Below, piece by piece: positions 53,228 through 64,000 of a stretch of DNA of 64,000 nucleotides. The position numbers were made by a program, and so were the translations under genes. Positions within the stretch are counted from its first letter, which is position 1. Every line of letters starts with the position of its first letter. The notes under the pieces are model-generated. The model saw only the letters and a list, made by a program, of their open reading frames with translations. It did not search any database and was not told the origin of the DNA. The stretch comes from Octopus vulgaris (Eukaryota). The stretch lies in contig OX597840.1 in NCBI GenBank assembly GCA_951406725.2, forward strand, positions 30,814,001-30,878,000. The letters are read 5' to 3'.

Positions 53228-53544
53228 AGTTTGTGTGTCTGTGTTTGTCCCCCTAGCATTGCTTGACAAGCGATGCTGGTGTGTTTACGTCCCTGTCACT
53301 TAGCGGTTCGGCAAAAGAGACCGATAGAATAAGTACTGTACTGGGCTTACAAAGAATAAGTCCTGGGGTCGAGTTGCTCGACTAAAGGCGGTGCTCCAGC
53401 ATGGCCACAGTCAAATGACTGAAACAAGTAAAAGAGTAAAAGAGAGTCTTTAGTATTTCAAGATATTTTTATGAAATTTTGGTAAATGTATCTGTTAAAA
53501 TGAGATGTCAGTGTTTTGCGTAATTTGAACAATTTATTCACTGC

Positions 53545-53550
<6 letters not shown>
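49839..53550 (+). mobile_element. Dead Tc1/mariner DD37D (maT-type) transposon split by nested insertions
   Basis: Imperfect TIRs CAGGTTGCAATGGGTAAATTGT / ACAATTTATTCACTGCACCCTA within (TA)n. Transposase pieces: HTH region ~49960-50280, FSDKKNF ~51830-52000, and MVFGVI..VWQQ(A)SARCHT..WPPNALDCNPFD..EANGDFIE* 52546-53009. There are 37 codons between the 2nd and 3rd catalytic positions; many stops. Confidence 0.88.
50295..51820 (+). repeat. Head-to-tail array of ~8 family A SINE internal units (183-184 bp period)
   Basis: Junction GAAATA|GGTATTTC at 50477, 50661, 50845, 51028, 51211, 51394 and 51577. Confidence 0.95.
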
Positions 53551-53607
<57 letters not shown>

Positions 53608-54874
53608 ACAAAATTTGTATTCTTATCTGATATGTATTGAATTATAAGATATATATGTATGCTATTGAGGTTCTCATTTCGTTAAATTAATAAATAATCC
53701 AACATTTTAATATCCGAAATTTGATGAACAAACTAAATTGTTTCTTCATTTTCTTACTTGTACTATATATATATATACACACACACATACATATGGATGT
53801 GCGTATGTATCTATAAATATATATATATGTGCAGACACATGCATGTATGCGTGTGTGTGTTTGTATGTATATATATATATATATATATAGTTTGTATGTA
53901 TGTATATATATATAGTTTGTATGTATGTATATATATATAGTTTGTATGTATATATATATATAGTTTTGTATGTATATATAGTTTGTATATATATATATAT
54001 ATATACATACAAACTAATCTTCTAATTTATATATATATATATATATTATATTTTGTGAAATTTGATTTAGTATTTCTAAATTGAATTTTTCCCTGTAAGT
54101 TTGAAATAATATTCCCTCATATTATTATTATTATTATTATTATTACATATATATATAGTTTGTGCAATAAATTTCATGCCACTGTGATCAGTGGGCAATT
54201 GCAGTAATGTGAAACTCAAATCATGAAACAAACTCTCAGTTTTAGTTTTAATTAAAAATCTATATATTTTACAGGTATTGAGCACTCTATTCTCATTCAC
54301 CCAACATTAAACCACACACACACACACACATATACACTTACACACACACATATATATCTCAATGTCTGTGTCTTTATGTCTGCGTTTTTCCTCACCACTG
54401 CTTGACAACCGGTATTGGTTTGTTTATGTCCCTGTAATTTAGTGATTCAGCAGAAAGACACCAATAAAATAAAATACAAAGGCCAAGCTGTTCAAGATGG
54501 TGCCCCAGTATGGCCACAGTCCAATGACTGAAACAAGTATAAAATAAAAGCTATGTCCCAGTATATAACAAAATGTCTTTGTTTTATTCCCCCTTTTATT
54601 TTACATAACTATTCTGTGTAGAAACCCGCATATTTTGGTAACCCCTTTTTGTGACGTGTCTTCCTTTGTATAAATGGGCCCTTGTAGCAAAATAAAAAAA
54701 AAAAAAAAATTTGTCGAGCTCAAATTCTGCCAAGGTCAACTTTACCTTTCATCCTTACAGGACTGATGAAATAAGTACCAGTTACGCACTGGGGTTGATG
54801 TAATTAACTTGCCCCCTCCCCCAAATTTTCAGGCCCTGTGCCTACAGTAGAAAGGATTATTATTATTATTTTAT

Positions 54875-55208
54875 TGCCTTTGCACAGCTTCTAACACTGG
54901 AGATGTACTACGGTGTCAGCTGTTCACTACCAGTGAACTAAAGTAACCCCTTATTTTTCAAGCACCATCCGGAGTATTCAAGTGGTTCCAAGCAGTGCTG
55001 TTTTCTGCAAGTGCACCAACCCTTACTGCAGCCCCTATTCGTTCCATATACTTCTCAAGATTTTTATTAACAGTTCCCAGGGCTCTGATAATTATTGGTA
55101 CTACTACCACCTTTTTCATCGACCACAACTGCTTAACTTCCCAAGCTAACCTGTCATATCTATCAACTTTTCTTTCTTCCTTATCATATACCTTGTTGTC
55201 AGCTGGGT
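54875..55208 (-). mobile_element. R4/Dong-clade non-LTR retrotransposon 3' fragment in a (TAA)n tract
   Basis: PADNKVYDKEERKVDRYDRLAWEVKQLWSMKKVVVVPIIIRALGTV..LQKTALLGT..ILRMVLEK* (frameshifted), the RLE-domain C-terminus. Flanked by TTA repeats. Confidence 0.8.
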
Positions 55209-56410
55209 ATTATTATTATTTTTGTAATTTGAATGGAAAAAATGTTGCTAAGCATTTTTCCTGGCATGCTAACGATTCTGCCAGCTCGCCGCCTTTAAGA
55301 AGAATATTGGCCTCTACCTGGGACGTAGCCAGCCCACTTATGCATACCTTTCCTTCTTGTGACACAAACCCTACTTGTGAAGACCTGATGAGGCTAGTGA
55401 AAATGAAAATCAAAATCAAAATTGAAATCGATCAACATCAATGGAAATTGTAGCTGAGATGCCAGTGCCGATGGCACGTAAGAGAACCATCCGAACGTGG
55501 CCGTAGCCAGCGCTGCCCTGACTGGCCTCGTGCCGGTGGCACGTAAAATGCACCATCCGATTGTGGCCAATATTAATAATAATAATCTTTTCTACTCTAC
55601 GTACAAGGCCCAACATTTTTGGGGAGGGGCCAGTTGATTACATCGACCCCAGTGCGTAACTGGTACTTATTTAATTGACCCCGAAAGGATGAAAGGCAAA
55701 GTCGACCTCGGCGGAATTTGAACTCAGAACAATGCAGCAGACGAAATAACTATTTTTTTATTACCCACAAGGGGCTAAACATAGAGGAGACAAACATTAA
55801 GTCAATTATATCGACCCCAGTGCGTAACTGGTACTTATTTAATTGACCCCGAAAGGATGAAAGGCAAAATCGACTTCGGCGGAAATTGAACTCAGAACGT
55901 AATGGCAGACAAAATACCGCTAAGCATTTCGTCCATCGAGTTGACGTTTCTACCAGCTCGCTGCCTCAAGATGCTAATGAGTCTGTCAGCTCACCATCCT
56001 TCTTTTTAGAAAAATATTAAATGCATTTCACAGGATATGGCCAATTTAAATGCTAACGAGTTAAATCAATCCATAATATTCAACAGGTGTTATATTATTA
56101 ACCCAGTTGGATGAAAGGTAACATTCATGAAAATGAGACTACCATGGACACATAAAGAACAAAAAAAAAAATAGTTAAAATATCCTAAAAAAAAAACACG
56201 ATTTTCCATGACCGTTGCCAGCACCGCCTGACTGATCCTCGTGCACCCGCTACACTCTCGGGGTGGTTGGCGTTAGGAAGGGCATCCAGCTGTAGAAACT
56301 CTACCAGATCAGACTGGAGCCTGGTGCACCCATCTGGTTCGCCAGTCCGCAGTCAAATCGTCCAACACATGCTAGCATGGAAAGCAGACATTAAATGATG
56401 ATGATGATGA

Positions 56411-56451
<41 letters not shown>

Positions 56452-59400
56452 GCACGTAAAAAGCACCTGCTACACTCTCGGAGCGGTTGGCGTTAGAAAG
56501 GGCATCCAGCTGTACAAACTCTACCAGATCAGATTGGAGCCTGGTGCAGCCATCTGGTTCGCCAGTCCGCAGTCAAATCGTCCAACCCATGCTAGCATGG
56601 AAAGCGGACGTTAAACGATGATGATGATGATGATGAAAACAAGCTATAAAAAAACGCAAAGTATAATATTTAAAACCGGCGTATAAATTTGTGCACCGGT
56701 GGCATGTGTAAAAGATTCGAGCGAGGTCGTTGCCAGTGCCGCTGGACTGGCTCCTGTGCAGGTGGCACATAAAAAGCACCATTTGAGTATGGCCATTGCC
56801 AGTACTGCCTGACTGGCCCTCGTGCCGGTGGCACGTAAAAGCACCCACGACACTCTTGGAGTGGTTGGCATTACGGAGGGCATCCAGCTGTAGAAACTCA
56901 GCTAGATCATGATTGGAGTCTGATATACTTTCGACCCCTGAAAGATAAAAGGTAATGTCAGTCTTAGTCTTAAAAATAGGAGTGGCTGTGTGGTAAGTAG
57001 CTTTCTTGCCAACCACATGGTTCCGGGTTCAGTCCCACTGCATGGCACCTTGGGCAAGTGTCTTCTACTATAGCCTCGGGCCGACCAAAGCCTTGTGAAT
57101 GGATTTGGTAGACGGAAACTGAAAGAAGCCCGTTGTATATATAGTTTGGTAAACACTTCTATTAACCCTTTAGTGTTTAAACCGGCCATATCCAGCACCA
57201 TCCGATCGTGGCCGTTTGCCAGCCCCGTCTGGCACCTGTGCCGGTGGCACGTAAAAAGCACCCACTACACTCACGGAGTGGTTGGCGTTAGGAAGGGCAT
57301 CCAGCCGTAGAAACATTGCCAGATCAGACTGGGCCTGGTGCAGCCTTCTGGCTTCCCAGACCCCAGTTGAACCGTCCAACCCATGCCAGCATGGAAAGCG
57401 GACGCTAAACGATGATGATGATGATGATATATATATATATGTATGTGTGTGCATATGTTTGTATGTCTGTGTTTGTCCCTCCAACATCGCTTGACAACCG
57501 ATGCTGGTGTGTTTACATTCCCGTAACTTAGCAGTTTGGCAAAAGAGACTGATAGAATAAGTACTAGGCTTACAAAGAATAAGTCCTGGGGTCGATTTGC
57601 TCGACTAAAGGCAGTGCTCCAGCATGGCCGCAGTCAAATGACTGAAACAAGTAAAAGAGTAATATCTCATAACACGGTCCTTACAAAAGTTTCCATGGAC
57701 CCATAAAGTTTAATGTCTTACTGAGTTAACATTAAGTAATTAAAAAATATATTTATAATTGGTGGTCCAAGAAGATTCCCTCACAAATTTTGAGAGTCAT
57801 TTTCTGCTGCCTAGGAATTTTAAACTGACCCCAGTATTTGACTGGTACCTTATCGTATCAACCCCGAAAGAAAAAAGATGAAGTTGACTCTGAACAGACG
57901 GGGTTTTAGGGGTTAGAAGTTGATGAAATAAAGAGCAAGTCAAATACTAAAGTAGATTTTAATTAACTAATTAACTAATTAACTAATAACTCCCATCACC
58001 TCTTTCAAATCCAGGCCTTGTTGTCTGTAATAGAATTATTACCAAATTCTGTAAAATGTTTGGCCATATTTCTTTAAGCATTATTTTCCAAGGTTGACTT
58101 TGTCTTTCATCCTTTCAGAAAGTACCAGTTACGCACTGGAGTTCATGTAATCATGTACCCCTCCCTTCAAAATTTCAGGCATTATGCCTATAGTAGAAAG
58201 GATTATTATTATTATTATTATTATTATTGAGTGAGAGAGCAGTGCATGCCATCAAAGTGACACTGGGGTAAAATATACGAAGCCCAATATACCCATCATG
58301 ACTACCCGTCTGATAAAGGTACACCAGGCACATGCATCACAACCATATGTACGCGACATGGTGATCTCATATCAAGATAAACAGCACATGACCTTGCAGG
58401 TGGGGCCCAGTTAGAATTTTCTTCAGGTTGAGTAGCCCATCCCGCTCAAACGGTCCCTGAATAAGGGTTGTTTAAGGATGTTGAAAGAACCACCCATGTT
58501 TCCAGAGGTAAATTATTCAAATCCCAAAGAATCCCCCCCAACACATGGCCATGATGCTCCCCCACTACTTCTGCTCGTGATCAGAGATGCACATATCGTC
58601 AGCCACTAAGGGACATGCTCTATTATTATTATTATTATTATTAGAACCTGATATTTTTTCAAGGCGGCGATGCCGGGCAAAATGCTTAGCGGTATTTCGT
58701 CTGTCTTTATGTTCTGAGTCCAAATTCCGCCGAGGTCGACTTTGCCTTTCATCCTTTCGAGATCGATAAATTAAGTACCAGCTATGCACTGGGGTCGATG
58801 TAATCGACTTGATCCATTTGTCTGTCCTTGTTTGTCCCCTCTGTGTTTAGCCCCTTGTGGGTAGTAAAGAAATAGGTATTTCGTCTGCCGTTACGTTCTG
58901 AGTTCAAATTCCGCCAAGGCCGACTTTGCCTTTCATGCTTTCAGGGTCGATAAATTAAGTACCAGTTACGCTCTGGGTCGATGTAATCGACTGGCCCCTC
59001 CCCAAAAATGTTGGGCCTCGTACGTAGAGTAGAAAAGATTATTATTATTATTATTATTATTAAGGTGGCAAGCTGGCAGAATCGTTAGCATACCAGGCAA
59101 AATGCTTAGCAGTATTTCGTCTGCTGCTATGTTCTGAGTTCAAATTCCACCAAGGTCGACTTTGCCTTTCATGCTTTCGGGGTCGATAAATTAAGTACCA
59201 GTTACGCACTGGGCTCGATGTAATTGACTTACCTCCTCCCACCAAATTTCAGGCCTTGTGCCTTTAGCAGAAAGGATATTATTATTATTATTATTATTAT
59301 TACCCCCCTTTGCTTGCGAAGACCTGTTGGGGCAAGTGAAATCGGAATCGAAATTGAACCAATCCTATGACTGGCACCCGGCAGATGCCAGGACCCCTGG

Positions 59401-60647
59401 ACTGGAGATACGTAAAAAGCACTATCCGAATCGATGCCGATGCCAGCGCCGCCTCAACTGGCTTCCGTGTCGGTGGCACGTAAAAAGCACCATCTGAATC
59501 GTGGCCGAAGCCAGTGTCGCCTCGACTGGCTTCCGTGCAGGTGGCACGTAAATGCACCAATCCGACCGTGGCCAATGCCAGCCTCGCCTGGCACCAGTGC
59601 AGGTGGCACGTAAAAAGCACCCACTACACTCATGGAGTGGTTGGTGTTAGGAAGGGCATCCAGCTGTACAGACTGGAGCTTGGTGCAGCCTTCTGGCTTC
59701 CCAGATCCCCGGTCAAACCGTCCAACCCATGCTAGCATGGAGAACGGACGTTAAATGATGATGATGATGATGATTATTATTATCAAGTGCTGATCACTTA
59801 GAGGGGAGGGATGTTGTGGAAAAGGGAGAGCCATGAAGACATAGGATGAGGTACTGAAGGCTGATCTAAAAATACTAGACCTTATGAAGATGAGAGAGGA
59901 ACCGAGATATGTGGGGCATTGCTATACTGAAGAAAACATGCCCACCACAACGCAATTGAGATCCTAAAACCAAGATGCCACGTACAAAGTACTCAGATAT
60001 CAGTTCCTGTCATGCCGTCCAACCCATGCCAGCATGGAAAATGGACGTTAAATGCCAAACAAAATGCTTAGTAGCACTTCTAGTTGTACTGGGTTCAAAT
60101 CCCACTGATGTTGACTTTGTCTTTTATGTTTTTTCTGGTGGATAAAATATATACCAGTCGAGGACTAGGAGTAGGGGTGAGGCATGTCGATGTAATCAAC
60201 TAAGCCCTCTCCTATCCAATAGTTCAGGCCTTGTGCCAAAATTAGAAAGATTTACCATCATCATCATCATCATCATCGTCATCGTCATCATCATCGTCAT
60301 CATCATCATCATCGTCATCATCATCATCATCATCATCATCATCGTCATTGTCATCATCATCGTCGTCGTCATCATCATCATCGTCATCATCATCGTCATA
60401 ACCATCATCATCATCATCACCGTCATCATCGTCATCATCATCGTTACTACCATCAAGGTGACAAAATCACTAGCTCAGTGGCATTTCGTCCGCTCTTTGT
60501 GTTCTGAGTTCAAATTCCACTGAGGATTGTTTTGTTTTCCATCCTCTTGGGATGGATAAGTACCAGTCATGTACTGGGACCAATATAATTGATTCCCTCT
60601 TTCTTTAAAAAACTGCTGACCCTGAGCCAAAATTTGAAATTATTATA

Positions 60648-61199
60648 GAGTGAGAGAGCAGTGCATGCCATCAAAGTGACACTGGGGTACAAATATACGA
60701 AGCCCAATATACCCATTATGATTAACCATCTGATAAGGGTACATGAAACACATGCATCACAACTATGTGCATGATATGGTGGCCTTATATCAAGATAAAC
60801 AGCACATGACCTTGCAGGTGGGGCCCAGTTAGAATTTTCTTCAGGTTGAATAGCCTATCCCACTCAAAAGGTCCCTGAATAAGGGTTGTTTAAGGATGTT
60901 GAAAGAACCACCCATGTTTCCAGAGGTGAATTATTCAAACCCCAAAGAATCCCTCTCAACACATGGCTATGATGCTCCCCCACTACTTCTGCTTGTGATC
61001 AGAGATGCACATATCGTCAGCCACCAAGGGACATGCTCAACTGGTTATGGTCAAACAAATGACTAGCAAATCTGTGGTATTGAGCAGAATATTTGCTGTA
61101 GCCCATCTTTTATACCAAGACAAAACAATGTACATGATAACACTCCCAATCAGTTAAGATCAGAAGCCATGAGAGCCACTGCCTGGAATTGCACAGGGC
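60648..61199. mobile_element. ~550-bp unclassified interspersed repeat found beside TTA/TCA tracts
   Basis: Near-identical partial copies at 58229-58620 and 39957-40130. Confidence 0.7.
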
Positions 61200-62558
61200 T
61201 ATCATCATCATCATCATCATCATCATCATTATCATCATTATTATTATTATTATTATGGTGGCAAGCTAGCAGAATCATGACCATGCCAGGCAAAATGCTT
61301 AGCAGTATTTTGTGTATCTTAACATTTAGAATTCTGATTTTAAATTCGTCTTTGCTTTTTATCCTTTTGGGATCAATGAAATAAGCACCAGTTGAGTACC
61401 TGGGTCACTGTAATTGACCTACCCCTCCCCTGAAATTGCTGGCCTTGTGTCAAAACTTGAAACCATTATTATTATTATTATTATTATTAATTAGCCTAAG
61501 GTGGTGAGCTGGCAGAATTGTTAGCACACTGGGCGAAATGCTTAGTGGTATTTCGTCTGCAGCTACGTTCTGAGTTCAAATACAGCTGAGGTTGACTTTG
61601 CCTTTCATCCTTTTGGGGTCGATAAATTAAGTAGCAGTGACGCACTTGGGTCGATGTAATCGACTTAATCCGTTTGTCTGTCCTTGTTTGTCCCCTCTAT
61701 GTTTAGCCCCTTGTGGGTAGTAAAGAAATAGGTATTTTGTCTGTCTTTACGTTCTGAGTTCAAATACAGCTGAGGTTGACTTTGCCTTTCATCCTTTTGG
61801 GGTCGATAAATTAAGTAGCAGTGACGCACTTGGGTCGATGTAATCGACTTAATCCGTTTGTCTGTCCTTGTTTGTCCCTTCTATGTTTAGCCCCTTGTGG
61901 GTAGTAAAGAAATAGGTATTTCGTCTGCAGCTACATTCTGAGTTCAAATATCGCTGAGGTTGACTCTGCCTTTCATCCTTTTGGAGTCGATAAATTAAGT
62001 ACCAGTTGTATACTGGGGTTGGTCTAATTGACTAGCCCCGGGCCTCAAAAAATTTCAGGCTTTGTGCCTATAGCAGAAGGGATTATTATTATTATTATTC
62101 ATCGTTTAACGTCCGCTTTCCATGCTAGCATGGGTTGGACGATTTTGACTGAGGTCTGGCAAGCCAGAAGGCTGCACCAGGCTCCAATCTTGATTTGGCA
62201 GAGTTTCTACTGCTGGATGCCCTTCCTAATGCCAACCACTCTGAGAGTGTAGTGGGTACTTTTTACATGCCACCAGCACAGGTGCCAGTAAGGTGATGCT
62301 GGTAACTATCACGCTCGAATGGTGTCTTTTATGTGCCTCCGGCACAGAGGCCAGGTAGCTGCTCTGGCAACGATCACGCTATTATTATTATTATCATTAT
62401 TATTATCATTATTATTATTATTATTATCAGCAGTACCTTATTTAAGTGCAATACCCAGTTCTTGTAAATCTATCAAATATCTCATCATTATCACAATGAA
62501 CAGTGTTTATATGTCAAAAGTACAAGAGTACGACTGAGTACAGTTGGTTGATCAACTG

Positions 62559-62895
62559 GCAGAATTACAATAAAGTACAGAATTATAAATAAAGTACAGC
62601 ATTATAATAAAGTACAGAATTATAAATAAAGTACAGCATTATAATAAAGTACAGAATTATAAATAAAGTACAGAATTACAATAAAGTACAGAATTATAAA
62701 TAAAGTACAGCATTATAATAAAGTACAGAATTATAATAAAGTACAGAATTATAATAAAGTACAGAATTGAAGTACAGGATTATAATAAAGCACGGGATTA
62801 TAATAAAGTACATGATTATAATAAAGTACATGATTATAATAAAGTACAGAATTATAATAAAGTGCAGAATCAAAGTACAGAATTATAATAAAGTA
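62559..62895. repeat. 18-19-bp minisatellite CAGAATTATA(A)ATAAAGTA, ~18 copies
   Basis: Seen directly; starts ~165 bp downstream of the GORAB stop. Confidence 0.9.
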
Positions 62896-63059
62896 TGCAG
62901 GAAAAAAAATATTTTAAAAAAATGAGAAACCCCTGGTACAAAATGACATTTGACCTTGTATGGATGAATGAGATTTGAACTCCCAAAAGGAAAAAAAAAT
63001 ACCTAAAGAGATCAAAAAAAAAATGATGGTAAGGCGTTTAGTCTGGTTCTCCGAGTATC

Positions 63060-63148
63060 TCAACTATCACCAGTTCCCTCCCCCTCGTTATGATTATCTC
63101 CCTTTGCATTGGTATTCTTGTGTTGCGTTGCTAAGGCAGGGACTGTTA

Positions 63149-63188
<40 letters not shown>

Positions 63189-64000
63189 GTTATTATTGTT
63201 GTTGTTGCTGTCAGCATTATTATTATTATTATCGTTAATATTATTACTACTACTATTATTATTATTATTATTACTACTGCTACTATTTCCGCCACTAACG
63301 ATGTTGCTGGTGTTATTTTCGACGGGGCTGGAGACAGCAAGGGTCACGTCGTCCCCTGCTCCCACTCGCGACTCAGACAGTTTTTCGGTAAGCGGATCTC
63401 CACCGGGATTTCCAGAGCCCTCCGGGGCCGACTCCGTTCCTCCAGAGGAGGGACAAGCGTCGGTACACGTCTCAGCAGCGTGGCAGTCCTCAGACTGCGA
63501 AGGCACCGTTTCTGCGGGAGAGGTCACAGGGGTGTCTTTCTCGAGGCAACCTTCGATAGCTATTGCTGACCCTTTATCTGTACTGCTAGCATTAGAAGGG
63601 GTCACACTAGCAGTAGTGGTGGTGTCAGTGGCTGTGGTGGTGGTGTCAGTGGTTGTGGTGCTGTCAGTGGTTGTGGTGCTGTCGGTGGTTGTGGTGGTGG
63701 TGGTGTTAGCAGTGGTGGTGTCAGTGGTTGTGGTGGTGGTGGTGTTGGCAGTGGTGGTGTCAGTGGTTGTGGTGGTGGTGGTGTTGGCAGTGGTGGTGGA
63801 AATGTCTTTGCAGGGGGAGTGTATCGTGTTAACGGGGTTATATACAGGAACTGGTGGCATTTGCGGAAGGATGCACTCCACCTCTTCCGATATTGGACAA
63901 ATCTTTAGCTTCTCCGTCAGTTCCGACAGCTTCTGCGCCTTCCTCATCTCGTTCTGGTAAATAATGGTGTACAGGTGTTCGGTGAGCTGTTCCTTGAGTT
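63060..64000 (-). CDS. GORAB: RAB6-interacting golgin, terminal coding exon (5' end outside the window)
   Basis: Frame is open from the window edge: [31 protein letters not shown], which matches the GORAB coiled-coil end as I recall it ([30 protein letters not shown]). A low-complexity tail follows, to TGA at 63060-63062. Confidence 0.88.

Noticed and set aside
13005-62400. Recurrent ORFs such as RRASFSFRLPNPLTRLW.. and LQLDALPNANHS..
   Set aside because: Translations of SINE families B and D, not genes.
63109-63960. 283-aa + strand ORF antisense to GORAB (likewise 7519-7818 antisense to exon b)
   Set aside because: Mirror frame of low-complexity codons; the recognisable protein is on the opposite strand.

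Overview
Eukaryotic, very repeat-rich window, most likely from an octopus: the SINE families and microsatellite load are octopus-like (inference from pattern recall). Two convergent genes can be reconstructed. (1) On + are the last seven exons (3094-29340) of a type-I single-pass membrane protein: an FN3 C-terminal half, an S/T-rich stalk, a TM helix, and a ~190-aa tail with several Tyr motifs ending in -ERTAL (PDZ-ligand-like). All six GT-AG junctions join in frame. (2) On - is the last coding exon of GORAB (RAB6-interacting golgin), with a long Thr/Asn-rich tail. The rest is tRNA-derived SINEs, RTE/CR1/Dong LINE fragments, non-autonomous Helitrons, MITEs, a dead DD37D (maT) transposon with nested insertions, and mini/microsatellites. 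Most notable: several hammerhead ribozyme motifs in short, probably Penelope-like, ends; SINE multimers that all join at one internal site; long intronic hairpins; and three unusual tandem arrays. Nearly all ORFs in the supplied track are repeat artefacts. Repeat boundaries are approximate.
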